DNA of 64,000 nucleotides. Origin: an uncultured Eubacteriales bacterium (lineage in GTDB: Bacteria > Bacillota > Clostridia > Christensenellales > UBA1242). This document shows, piece by piece, positions 46,435-54,511 of the stretch (position 1 is the first letter of the stretch; every line of letters starts with the position of its first letter). Both the position numbers and the translations under genes were made by a program. The notes beneath the pieces were generated by a model. It was not told where the DNA came from, did not search any database, and worked only from the letters and a program-made list of their open reading frames with translations. The DNA lies in contig URXM01000002.1 of assembly GCA_900551855.1 (NCBI GenBank), positions 102,290 to 166,289 of the forward strand, given 5' to 3'.

Positions 46435-47523
46435 TCAGATTTTCAAGACTTTGGTGCGTTCCCAAGGATAGTTTGGGTGTCCGAAGTGGCCATAACAAGC
46501 CGTTTGTTTGTAGATTGGATTTAGAAGATTGAGTTCTTCAATTATGTTGTCAAGGCTGAAGTCAAAATTGTTTTCAACAACTTTATATATTTTTTGCAAA
46601 GGCATTTTTTCAGTGCCAAAAGTATCAATGTTTATTGAAATAGGTTTTTCAAGTCCTATGCCAAAAGAGAGTTCTACTTCACATTTGTCGCAGAGGTTGT
46701 TTGACACAAGATTTTTTGCAACATATCTTGCATAGTATGCTCCAGAACGATCAACTTTTGTGGCGTTTTTGCTGGAAAAACACCCACCACCAACTTTTGC
46801 AATTCCGCCATAGGTGTCAACAACAATTTTTCTGCCGACACAGCCACTATCTCCAAAACTTCCCCAAATTGTAAATTTTCCACTTGGATTGATGATGTAT
46901 GTTGTGTCTTTATTGATATATTTAGAATAGTCTTTCAAAACTGGTTCTATAACATTTTTCATAATCTTGTCTTTTATGTTTTTGCAATCATGACTGTGAC
47001 TGACACTTATTAAAATGTTTGAAATGTAGGCAGGTCTGTCATCTTCATAGCAAACGGAAACTTGAGATTTTGCATCTGCAAAAAATTCATTTGTTGTTCT
47101 TCTGTATTCATCATATTTTTTCATGAGTTTATGTGCGAGCAAAATTGTCAAAGGCATAAATTCTGGAGTTTCGTTTGTGGCATATCCAAAAACAATCCCT
47201 TGATCATTGGCACAAAGGTGTTTTTTGACAACGGCATTGTTTATGTCTGGACTTTGAGCAGAAACTTCTACAACAAATTCAAAAGGTTGGGTGTAGCCCA
47301 CATCTTTCAAGACCTGTTTTGCAATTTCTACATAGTCGATTTTTGCTGTGGTTGTTGCTTCTCCATAAATGAAAAGTTTGTTGTTTTTGATTGCACATTC
47401 AACTGCCATTTGTGCGTTTTTGTCTTGCCTTAATGCTTCATCAAGAAAAGAATCAGCAATTACATCACAGGTTTTGTCTGGATGCCCAATGTTTACGCTT
47501 TCACTGGTTAATATTTTTTTCAT
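46435..47523 (-). CDS. metK: S-adenosylmethionine synthetase
   Basis: ATG at 47523 lies behind AAAGGAG. GHPDK motif (SESVNIGHPDKTCD) and GGCFSSKNATKVDRSGAY. The track start at 47610 lies inside the riboswitch. Confidence 0.95.
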   Translation of the reverse strand: MKKILTSESVNIGHPDKTCDVIADSFLDEALRQDKNAQMAVECAIKNNKLFIYGEATTTAKIDYVEIAKQVLKDVGYTQPFEFVVEVSAQSPDINNAVVKKHLCANDQGIVFGYATNETPEFMPLTILLAHKLMKKYDEYRRTTNEFFADAKSQVSVCYEDDRPAYISNILISVSHSHDCKNIKDKIMKNVIEPVLKDYSKYINKDTTYIINPSGKFTIWGSFGDSGCVGRKIVVDTYGGIAKVGGGCFSSKNATKVDRSGAYYARYVAKNLVSNNLCDKCEVELSFGIGLEKPISINIDTFGTEKMPLQKIYKVVENNFDFSLDNIIEELNLLNPIYKQTACYGHFGHPNYPWERTKVLKI

Positions 47524-47547
47524 ATTTTCTCCTTTAACCATATAAAT

Positions 47548-47672
47548 TAAAAAAGCCCATCGTACGATGGGCATAATTTCTTTTTCTCCCATCGATTCAA
47601 GCTTTAGCACCTTGTTTTTACAGGTTGCTGTGTGGTCATAGGGCTTGTCCCTCGCACACTCTTTATGGTTGA
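47548..47672 (-). promoter_or_regulatory. SAM-I (S-box) riboswitch with an intrinsic terminator
   Basis: The minus strand reads ...AAGAGTGTGCGAGGGACAAGCCCTATGACCACACAGCAACCTGTAAAAACAAGGTGCTAAAGC..., matching the S-box core (GAGGGA, GCCC-ATGA, AGCAACC, AAGGTGCTAAA). The terminator GCCCATCG-TA-CGATGGGC plus a T-run follows (47576-47548). Confidence 0.85.
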
Positions 47673-47676
47673 CTCT

Positions 47677-47706
47677 ATTTTAACAGAGATGACCAATGCT
47701 TGTCAA
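47677..47706 (-). promoter_or_regulatory. Sigma-70-type promoter of the metK leader
   Basis: Minus strand TTGACA (47706-47701), 18-nt spacer, TAAAAT (47682-47677). Confidence 0.55.
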
Positions 47707-47791
47707 CAAATGCTTAAACATTAGCGAAATTTGTCAAAAAATCTTGCTTTTTAGGATGTATTATTCTATCATATTATTAAAGGAGATAATT

Positions 47792-48412
47792 ATGAAAAAA
47801 ATTAGACAATTTTTTGCTGATTTCAAAAAATTTATAAGTCGTGGAAATGTAGTAGATATGGCTATTGGTGTTATTGTGGCTAGTGCTTTTACAGCGATTG
47901 TGACTGCTCTGACAAACAAAATCATTACTCCATGTATAAACTGGCTTTTGTCATTGGGTGGTACTGGGCTTGACTCTGCTTACACATTTTTGAAAAAAGC
48001 ATATTTGGAAGATGGTGTGACAGTAGACCTAGCAAACAGTATATATATTGATTGGGGAGCATTTATAACAGCAATTATCAATTTCTTTTTGGTTGCTTTT
48101 GTTTTGTTCTTGGTTTTAAGGTTGATGATGAATGCACAAGGTTTTTGGAAAAAGAGTCTTAAAGAGCGTCCAACAAAAGAAGAAAAGAAAATTTTGAAAC
48201 AAGCAGGCGTAAATATGAAAGATTATCATGAAGTTATCAAAGCCACAGCAGAACTAAGGGAGAAAAACAAACCTGCTCCAGTTCCACCAAAACCAACTCA
48301 AGAAGAGTTGTTGACAGCAATTCTTGAAGAGCTTAAAAGTCAAAAAGAAGACAACAAGGTTGTTGTTGAGAAAACGGAAACTATTGAAGAGCCTTCTACA
48401 ACAGAAAAATAA
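47792..48412 (+). CDS. mscL: Large-conductance mechanosensitive channel with an enlarged loop and C-terminal extension
   Basis: ATG at 47792 lies behind AAGGAG. N-terminal FKKFISRGNVVDMAIGVIVASAFTAIV is the MscL signature. At 206 aa it is clearly longer than the MscL proteins I recall. Confidence 0.85.
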   Translation: MKKIRQFFADFKKFISRGNVVDMAIGVIVASAFTAIVTALTNKIITPCINWLLSLGGTGLDSAYTFLKKAYLEDGVTVDLANSIYIDWGAFITAIINFFLVAFVLFLVLRLMMNAQGFWKKSLKERPTKEEKKILKQAGVNMKDYHEVIKATAELREKNKPAPVPPKPTQEELLTAILEELKSQKEDNKVVVEKTETIEEPSTTEK

Positions 48413-48488
48413 CAAAAAAATGTTAAAAACTTTTAATATTTGTTGACAGGAGAAAATAATTCTGTTTTAATAATTAAAAGGAGGAAAA

Positions 48489-48641
48489 ATGAGAAGAGTA
48501 AATAGTTTGGTTGCCACAATAATGGGGACAGTTGTCCATTCAGTTCAGGTACTTATAAATTTGTATTCATTGATACTTGTTTTCTCTTTAATTCCAAGTG
48601 CTGGGGATAGCAGTGCGGGGTGGTTGCCTATGTTGTTTTGA
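48489..48641 (+). CDS. 50-aa hydrophobic ORF with a strong RBS; possibly the 5' part of a frameshifted membrane-protein gene
   Basis: AAAGGAGG, 4 nt, then ATG. Hand translation gives MRRVNSLVATIMGTVVHSVQVLINLYSLILVFSLIPSAGDSSAGWLPMLF followed by a stop. It overlaps the next ORF, which lies in the -1 frame. Confidence 0.4.
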   Translation: MRRVNSLVATIMGTVVHSVQVLINLYSLILVFSLIPSAGDSSAGWLPMLF

Positions 48642-49003
48642 CAACGCTTTTGTTGATGGCTATTTTTATTGTGGCTCTAGCTTTAACATTGGCTACATTC
48701 AAATATGTAAATGGATCGCCAGAATTGTATGCAAAGAAGCGTGCCACAACTATTGCAACAATTGTGTTTGACCTTTTGGTTGTGATTTTGTTGCTTGCTT
48801 TTGGAATTAGTTCAAGCATCCCTTCAACTGTCATAAATGTTCTTTCTGCATTGATTATACTTGCATCAGCAGTATTGTACATTGTTGACTTGTGTTTAGA
48901 GAAAAAGCGTGTTGAAAAAGTAAACAAAGACGCTGTTGCAGAACCTACAGAAGTTAAAGAAGAAAAACCTGTAGTTGAAGAAAAAACAGAAGAAAAGAAA
49001 TAA
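48620..49003 (+). CDS. Membrane protein (three TMs plus a K/E-rich tail); GTG start without an RBS, possibly the 3' part of a frameshifted gene
   Basis: 127-aa ORF with hydrophobic helices. There is no Shine-Dalgarno sequence before the GTG at 48620. The frame-2 stop lies just upstream at 48608-48610. Confidence 0.5.
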   Translation: MVAYVVLTTLLLMAIFIVALALTLATFKYVNGSPELYAKKRATTIATIVFDLLVVILLLAFGISSSIPSTVINVLSALIILASAVLYIVDLCLEKKRVEKVNKDAVAEPTEVKEEKPVVEEKTEEKK

Positions 49004-49013
49004 ATATTGTTTA

Positions 49014-49051
49014 AACAAAAAAGATAGTGCAAATAAGCATTATCTTTTTTT
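49014..49051. terminator. Hairpin terminator (AAAGATAGYG...CRCTATCTTT family)
   Basis: AAAGATAGTGC (49019-49030) pairs with GCATTATCTTT (49037-49047), then a T-run. Confidence 0.6.
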
Positions 49052-49109
49052 CTTTTGTTATACTTTATATAAAACAAAAAAGCATACAAAACTGTATGCT
49101 TTTTCTTTT

Positions 49110-49186
49110 TGGTGGAGATAGACGGACTCGAACCGTCGACCCCCTGCTTGCAAGGCAGGTGCTCTAGCCAACTGAGCCATACCCCC
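49110..49186 (-). tRNA. tRNA-Ala (anticodon UGC), CCA encoded
   Basis: The reverse strand reads GGGGGTATGGCTCAGTTGGCTAGAGCACCTGCCTTGCAAGCAGGGGGTCGACGGTTCGAGTCCGTCTATCTCCACCA. The cloverleaf folds, with the G3:U70 Ala identity pair and anticodon loop CTTGCAA. Confidence 0.95.
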
Positions 49187-49273
49187 ATATGCCCTAAAAT
49201 ATTAGCACATTTTAGAGCTATTGTCAACAAATTTTAAAAAATATTTCCAAGACAAACAAAATTATATTGAAAA

Positions 49274-49660
49274 TTAAACTTGAAATTCTGATATACGAAC
49301 ATTGTTGAGTTTTCTTTGTTCTTCAATAAGGTTAGAGAAGATTTCTCTTACTTGGAAAGGATTTTTTACATTTCTAAGAACAAAATGAGGAGTGCTTTCA
49401 TCGTTGCTTAACAATGTCACATTTCCTGTGTTAAACAATTTTCCTGCAAGTGATTGATGCAAAGAAATATCGTATATTCTATACAAGTTGATTTCATTTA
49501 CAGAAGAATATAAAAGTCCAATGTTTGAAAATACTTTTATCCATTGTCCTGGTTTTCTTACAAGATAATAACGAGTAAATGACAATGGCATTCCACACCA
49601 TCTTTTTCTATCGTGCCAAAGAAGTTCTGTTCCTTCTCCAAATTTTCTCTCTACGTTCAT
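49274..49660 (-). CDS. Bacterial PH-domain (bPH_2 / YdbT-like) protein
   Basis: The pattern ...FTRYYLV...I..INLYRIYDISLHQSLAGKLFNTGNVTL... is typical of membrane-flanked PH domains, although no TM is present here. ATG at 49660 lies behind AAGGAG. Confidence 0.6.
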   Translation of the reverse strand: MNVERKFGEGTELLWHDRKRWCGMPLSFTRYYLVRKPGQWIKVFSNIGLLYSSVNEINLYRIYDISLHQSLAGKLFNTGNVTLLSNDESTPHFVLRNVKNPFQVREIFSNLIEEQRKLNNVRISEFQV

Positions 49661-49797
49661 ATACAAATCTCCTTTATAATCCTATTTTACAATAAAAAAA
49701 CAAAAAAGTAAACATAATTTTGAAATATTATTTTCCCAATTTAAAAATAAAAAAGAGTTCTCAAAAATAGAGAACTCTTTAAAACTATGTGAGCAAA

Positions 49798-50010
49798 CTA
49801 TTTGCAGTTGCAACCACCACAGTTTGAAAGCAAAATTAAGAACAAGAGAGTTCCGCAGTCAATGCAGATTTCTCCGCCTTTCATTCCGCCAAAACCACAT
49901 CCGCAGTTTTGTAAAAGCAAAAGTAAGAAGATAAGTGAGCAGGTGTCCATTCCGCATCCGCCACATTCTCTACCTACATCGCCACAATTAGAGCCTCCAA
50001 AAAAGTTCAT
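49798..50010 (-). CDS. Small Cys/Gly-rich protein with two hydrophobic helices (internal duplication)
   Basis: RBS: reverse strand AATAGGAGGCACAAATG. The 70-aa product contains two units of [CGxC...C-(S/G)-L-(I/L)-F-L-(L/I)-L-L-x-N-C-G-(C/G)]. Confidence 0.55.
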   Translation of the reverse strand: MNFFGGSNCGDVGRECGGCGMDTCSLIFLLLLLQNCGCGFGGMKGGEICIDCGTLLFLILLSNCGGCNCK

Positions 50011-50263
50011 TTGTGCCTCCTATTAAATTTATCTTTATGTACGACTTTTATGTGCTTTAAGTTTTTGTTGCACATTACAATGTATTAAAATTCATTTAAA
50101 AATGTTAATTATATATAAACTTATTTATGCATATTTTCATAAAAATGGTTGAAAATAAAAAAGAAGGTGGCTTATTGAAAAGTGTGAAAATTTTATCAAA
50201 ATTATCTGACAAAATTTTGGTCATCATGTTAATCTTGTATTGATCTGAAAAAAGGAGGAAAAA

Positions 50264-50824
50264 ATGAAAAGTTTAAGTATGAAAAAAGTAATGTCAATTT
50301 TGGCTTGCATGGTTATGGTTCTTGTGGGAGGAGTTCTTCTTGCTTCTTGCGGTGAAACAAAAACAAACAACGATGTTGTTGCAACTCCAACAGACAAGGT
50401 CGTTGATTTTGGTGGAAGAATAGATTGGAAAAATGCTGAAGATTTGAAACTTACATACCTTGGAGACAACAACTACAAAGCTGAAGGCTCAGCAGCAATT
50501 ATGTCTGCAGAACAAGGAGCTGCTTGGGGCTGTGATGAAGGTTCTATGTATGTTATTCTCAGCATCAAAATGGAAACTGGTGCAACATTAAAAACAGGTT
50601 GGAGAACTTCTGCGGACGAAGAATTTGGTAAAGGAGAAGGAAGCAACAAGGACTATTCTGGAACGGAAGGAGTGAAAGAATTTGTTTTGGGACTTTCTAA
50701 TGGTTCAACACCAACTCACACAGAAAATCCAGTTTGGAGATGTGAAGTTACAAACCCAGTTGAAGAAGGAGAAACTCCAACAACAGTTGTTTTCACAATC
50801 GACTTTTCTGCACTTTATGAATAA
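50264..50824 (+). CDS. Lipoprotein (186 aa)
   Basis: RBS AAAGGAGG. The signal peptide ends with lipobox LLASC|G. Confidence 0.8.
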   Translation: MKSLSMKKVMSILACMVMVLVGGVLLASCGETKTNNDVVATPTDKVVDFGGRIDWKNAEDLKLTYLGDNNYKAEGSAAIMSAEQGAAWGCDEGSMYVILSIKMETGATLKTGWRTSADEEFGKGEGSNKDYSGTEGVKEFVLGLSNGSTPTHTENPVWRCEVTNPVEEGETPTTVVFTIDFSALYE

Positions 50825-50835
50825 AACAAAAATTA

Positions 50836-50868
50836 TAAAAAGTATGTCAATCCGACATACTTTTTTTG
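50836..50868 (+). terminator. Rho-independent terminator
   Basis: AAGTATGTC (50840-50848) pairs with GACATACTT (50854-50862), then a T-run. Confidence 0.7.
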
Positions 50869-50915
50869 TATTATTTGTCCTTTTGTGTTATCATAAAAAT
50901 ATGGAGGAGAATAAG

Positions 50916-52202
50916 ATGAAAAAGATATTATCAATCATGGCTTGTTTCATGTTTGTGCTTGTTGGGGGAATTGCTTTGTCTGCTTGTGGAAATGGGAACA
51001 AAATTACAAAAGAACAACTGATTGATTATTTGTCGGGAGATGGTGTTGTTTCAGAGTTTGATGGCTATGAGTTGAACAGTGTTATTGGGAATATGGAAAT
51101 AAACGCTACAGTTGTTTCAAATGGGGAAACATTGAATGCGAAGATTGTTTATCCTGGTGCACTTCAATCTTCAAGAAATGGAACAATATATATAAAAGAC
51201 AATGTTGTTTATTTTACTACTGCAGAGCATAAATATTATATGGGAATAGATAATTATAACGAAGCGGTAGACAACATAAATGATATCATAAATTATGACG
51301 GCGATTTGACTGACTCTATTATATCTTTTGTCAATGGAGGAATTGATGGAAAGTTGACAATAACCAAGAAATCAAATGGTGAAAATGTCGCTTTCAAATT
51401 AAGTAATACGCTTGAAGTTGGGGAAAATAAAACAATAAGCACTGTTGAGTTGAAATATACAAGCAACAAATTGAAGTCTTTTTCATTGATAACAATCTCT
51501 CATGATGTTGTTATAACAAATATCTCTCTCAATGAATTTGTTGGCAATATTGATTTTCCGGACTTTTCAGATTATGAAGCCTTTTCAAATGTTGAAACGG
51601 TTGATTTGGAAGAAGTAAACAACTATTTAAACAAATTAAACAGCACATGGACTTCTTATGAAGTTTTTGATGGCATTTGTCAAAATGTTAAATATGATGC
51701 AAAAGTCTCTCTTGTTGATGAAAAACTTCAAGTGGAAGTTATAGCAGAAAACGGATTTAAAATCTATTTGAAAGACAATGTAGTTTATTTTGATAATGGA
51801 ACAAAAAAAATCAAGGCGAAATTCAATGGACTCGGGTATTTTGATGTTGATGATGTAAATTTTGGAGAAGCATATGATTTTATTTCAAGTGCCGTAGTTG
51901 TTGAGGATGATGTAAACAGTGTTTTCAATTCTACATTTATAACTGGCGAACTTAAATATGTGGAAGAAATGGTTTCTTCTGGATACTGTAAAGCTAAGAT
52001 TGAGATGAGCAAAGATGCTGATTTGACTACATTTGTGATTTCTTTGTCTTATGGAGATGAGACTTCATCAAGAACACTTATGTTTGATGCAACAAAACTT
52101 TTGGAATATTCTGCAGAAACTGTTGATGGAATAACTTCATTTGTTTATTCAAATGTTGCAATTGAATTCCCAGATCTTTCAGAATATGTTGAAGTTGTTT
52201 AA
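50916..52202 (+). CDS. Lipoprotein (428 aa)
   Basis: ATG at 50916 lies behind GGAGGAG. Signal peptide MKKILSIMACFMFVLVGGIALSAC|G is near-identical in pattern to that of the preceding lipoprotein. The track start at 50682 overlaps the upstream gene and its terminator. Confidence 0.8.
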   Translation: MKKILSIMACFMFVLVGGIALSACGNGNKITKEQLIDYLSGDGVVSEFDGYELNSVIGNMEINATVVSNGETLNAKIVYPGALQSSRNGTIYIKDNVVYFTTAEHKYYMGIDNYNEAVDNINDIINYDGDLTDSIISFVNGGIDGKLTITKKSNGENVAFKLSNTLEVGENKTISTVELKYTSNKLKSFSLITISHDVVITNISLNEFVGNIDFPDFSDYEAFSNVETVDLEEVNNYLNKLNSTWTSYEVFDGICQNVKYDAKVSLVDEKLQVEVIAENGFKIYLKDNVVYFDNGTKKIKAKFNGLGYFDVDDVNFGEAYDFISSAVVVEDDVNSVFNSTFITGELKYVEEMVSSGYCKAKIEMSKDADLTTFVISLSYGDETSSRTLMFDATKLLEYSAETVDGITSFVYSNVAIEFPDLSEYVEVV

Positions 52203-52228
52203 ATTAAAAATAGGATATAAAAAGATTA

Positions 52229-52266
52229 AAAAAGGATAATGCTTGTGGCACTATCCTTTATTTTTT
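52229..52266. terminator. Bidirectional terminator
   Basis: AAAGGATA (52231-52238) pairs with TATCCTTT (52252-52259), flanked by an A-run and a T-run, between convergent genes. Confidence 0.65.
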
Positions 52267-52284
52267 GTTTTTGTGTTTTATAAA

Positions 52285-53076
52285 TTATTTGTTTTTATAT
52301 TTCTTTTTAAATTTTTGTTGGTGTTCCCAAATGGACATAACCATGCTGTGTGGACAGAGTTTAACAAGTGGAAGTTGTGCTTTTGATTTGAAACCATACA
52401 AAACAACTTCTTTGCGTTTGAGAGCTCCTTTCATTGCTCTTTTGATCACTTTTTCAGGTGGATACATTGTGGCGAAGTGGGTGATCACTGCATCTTTTGC
52501 GTTTGTTTTTGTAGCTCTGTCAAAAAATGCTGTTTTTGTCCAATATGGGCAAAGACAAGTCACGCTGATTTTCTTTGATTTAAGCTCTCTGTTCAATGCT
52601 CTTGCATAAGAAAGAACATACGCTTTACTTGCACCATAAACAGACATATAAGGAGTTGGCTGAAACGCTGCCATTGAAGCGATTTCAACAATTCTTCCAC
52701 CTTTTGGCATAAATGGAATTGCTACGAGTGTGAGATGAGTCAAAGCCTTGCAGTTTAGGTCAATCATGCCAAGTTGTGCAGGAATTGAGATTTCATCATA
52801 TCTTCCAAACTTTGCATAACCACTTGCATTGACAAGCCATTCAACTTCTGCTTCTTCTGATTTTAATGCTTCTTCCAATTTTGGGAAGCTTTCATCTTTT
52901 GTCAAGTCTAAATCAAAAAATTTGAAAGGAGTTTTAAGCTCTTTTTTCATATTTTCAACTTCTTCAGTGTAAAGAGCAATTCCCCAAATTTCGTCCAAAC
53001 CGAGTTTGTCAATTTCAAAACAGAAGCGTCTGCCCATTCCTGATGAAGCACCTGTGACTAATGCTATTTTTTTCAT
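52285..53076 (-). CDS. Short-chain dehydrogenase/reductase (SDR) family oxidoreductase
   Basis: TGxxxGxG motif (VTGASSGMGRRF) and catalytic YxxxK (YGASKAY). Confidence 0.9.
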   Translation of the reverse strand: MKKIALVTGASSGMGRRFCFEIDKLGLDEIWGIALYTEEVENMKKELKTPFKFFDLDLTKDESFPKLEEALKSEEAEVEWLVNASGYAKFGRYDEISIPAQLGMIDLNCKALTHLTLVAIPFMPKGGRIVEIASMAAFQPTPYMSVYGASKAYVLSYARALNRELKSKKISVTCLCPYWTKTAFFDRATKTNAKDAVITHFATMYPPEKVIKRAMKGALKRKEVVLYGFKSKAQLPLVKLCPHSMVMSIWEHQQKFKKKYKNK

Positions 53077-53195
53077 TTTTACCCTCCAACAAGTTTCATT
53101 TTTGTTGAGAAACTTGATTTACATTTATATTTTATCATTATTGCCAGAATTTTAGCAAAGAAAATCCATAAAATTCAGTTAATTTCTCTTGTTTG

Positions 53196-53225
53196 TTGAC
53201 TTTTGAAAAATATTCTTGATATAAT
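53196..53225 (+). promoter_or_regulatory. Extended -10 promoter of the ESCRT-like operon
   Basis: TTGACT (53196-53201), 18-nt spacer ending in TGA, TATAAT (53220-53225), about 40 nt upstream of the first ATG. Confidence 0.6.
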
Positions 53226-53266
53226 CAATATGAATAATTATATCTTATAGATTAGAAGGGGATTAA

Positions 53267-54109
53267 ATGGAGCAAAACATTATCACTTTTACAGGAAACA
53301 ATCAAAAATTGTTGTCAAGATATATAATTGAAAAACTTGATCCAAAATTGACACTTATTGTGCCTGAAACTCACAATGCAATTTTGATTAAAGATGGTCA
53401 AATGCTTCAAACCTTATCTTCTGGAAAATATTTAATCAGCAAATTTGTTGATTTGAAAACAGAAGCAGATTCTGCACTTGAAATTTTGTTTATGTCAAAA
53501 ACAGCAAAACTTAAACTGCTTTGGGGAACTCCACAAAAACTTATTATGTATGACAACTTGTTGCAAGAAAATTATCGAGTTGGCATGAGCGGAGATTTTG
53601 AAGTCCAGGTAGGCGATCCAAGAAAATGCTTCTTATACCTTGTAGGAGCTTCCGAAGATTTGACTTCTGATGCTCTTCAAGACAGATTGATGTCAAATGT
53701 TGTTTCGGTGCTCGAAACAGTTGTTGTAGATTATGTAGAAACAAACAAAGTGTTGTTTAATCAAATTTCTCTTTGCAAAAAAGAGATTGCTTCAAAAGTT
53801 TTGAGCAAGTTGAGCCAAAAACTGATGAACGAATATGGTATTGCGGTTTTTTCTTTCAATATTGCAAACATTATTATTGATGATGAAGACAGAGAAAAGT
53901 TGGAGAAAGAATACAAACAATTAAAGAAGACAGAAGACTTTATCTGCAGAAATTGTGGAGCGGTGCTAAAAGAAAACGACAAGTTCTGTTCTGTTTGTGG
54001 GAAGAAAGTTGAGATATCCAAAAAATGTCCAAAGTGCTTTGCAGAGAATGCCGATGATGCAAAGTTCTGCTCAAGTTGTGGAGCAAAACTGTCAAATGAG
54101 GAGGAGTAA
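53267..54109 (+). CDS. SPFH/Band-7 (YdjI-like) protein with a C-terminal double zinc ribbon
   Basis: RBS AGAAGGGG. The body follows the YdjI-type SPFH pattern (...LIVPETHNAILIKDGQ..., LLWGTPQKL, YRVGMSGDFEVQVGDP, EYGIAVFSFNIANI). The tail has CRNC..CSVC and CPKC..CSSC. Confidence 0.75.
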   Translation: MEQNIITFTGNNQKLLSRYIIEKLDPKLTLIVPETHNAILIKDGQMLQTLSSGKYLISKFVDLKTEADSALEILFMSKTAKLKLLWGTPQKLIMYDNLLQENYRVGMSGDFEVQVGDPRKCFLYLVGASEDLTSDALQDRLMSNVVSVLETVVVDYVETNKVLFNQISLCKKEIASKVLSKLSQKLMNEYGIAVFSFNIANIIIDDEDREKLEKEYKQLKKTEDFICRNCGAVLKENDKFCSVCGKKVEISKKCPKCFAENADDAKFCSSCGAKLSNEEE

Positions 54110-54511
54110 ATGATAGCAGTTTATATTATAATTTTGTTGGCTGTTGTTGGACTTGCAGTGTTTTACATTTGCAGAGAATACATCAAAAAACCAGAAAATG
54201 AAGAAGGAAGTCGTGGAGTTGTAAAAAACAAAAAAAATATTGAAAAAATGGTGGCAAATGTTGAAAGCATACTTGTTTATGCAAACGGCAATGACGAGTT
54301 GTGCAATCGTTTAGTTGAAGTAAAAGACAACATCAGATTTTTCAATCCTACAACAAATCCAAAAGTTTTGTTGACAGATACAAAAATTGCAAACAAACTT
54401 GATGACTTGAAAATTATGGTTGCAAAAGACAACACACAAGAAACTTGCTTTAGAGTTTTGGAAGAGATTGAAGCATACATTGTTCAAAGAAAAAAGGATG
54501 AAATTGACTAA
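54110..54511 (+). CDS. Small N-terminally membrane-anchored helical protein
   Basis: The ATG abuts the upstream stop (TAAATG). One TM (IAVYIIILLAVVGLAVFYI) is followed by about 105 aa of charged, helical sequence. Confidence 0.6.
   Translation: MIAVYIIILLAVVGLAVFYICREYIKKPENEEGSRGVVKNKKNIEKMVANVESILVYANGNDELCNRLVEVKDNIRFFNPTTNPKVLLTDTKIANKLDDLKIMVAKDNTQETCFRVLEEIEAYIVQRKKDEID

Noticed and set aside
48628-49230. 200-aa minus-strand ORF in the six-frame track
   Set aside because: It runs straight through tRNA-Ala (49110-49186) and a terminator hairpin, and is antisense to the plus-strand membrane-protein ORF. Its S/F/T-rich composition looks like antisense reading of AT-rich coding DNA.
50682-50915. 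N-terminal extension of 78 aa on the second lipoprotein ORF as given in the track (start at 50682)
   Set aside because: The extension overlaps the end of the upstream lipoprotein gene and its terminator (50836-50868). A strong RBS (GGAGGAG) precedes the ATG at 50916, which begins a canonical lipoprotein signal peptide.
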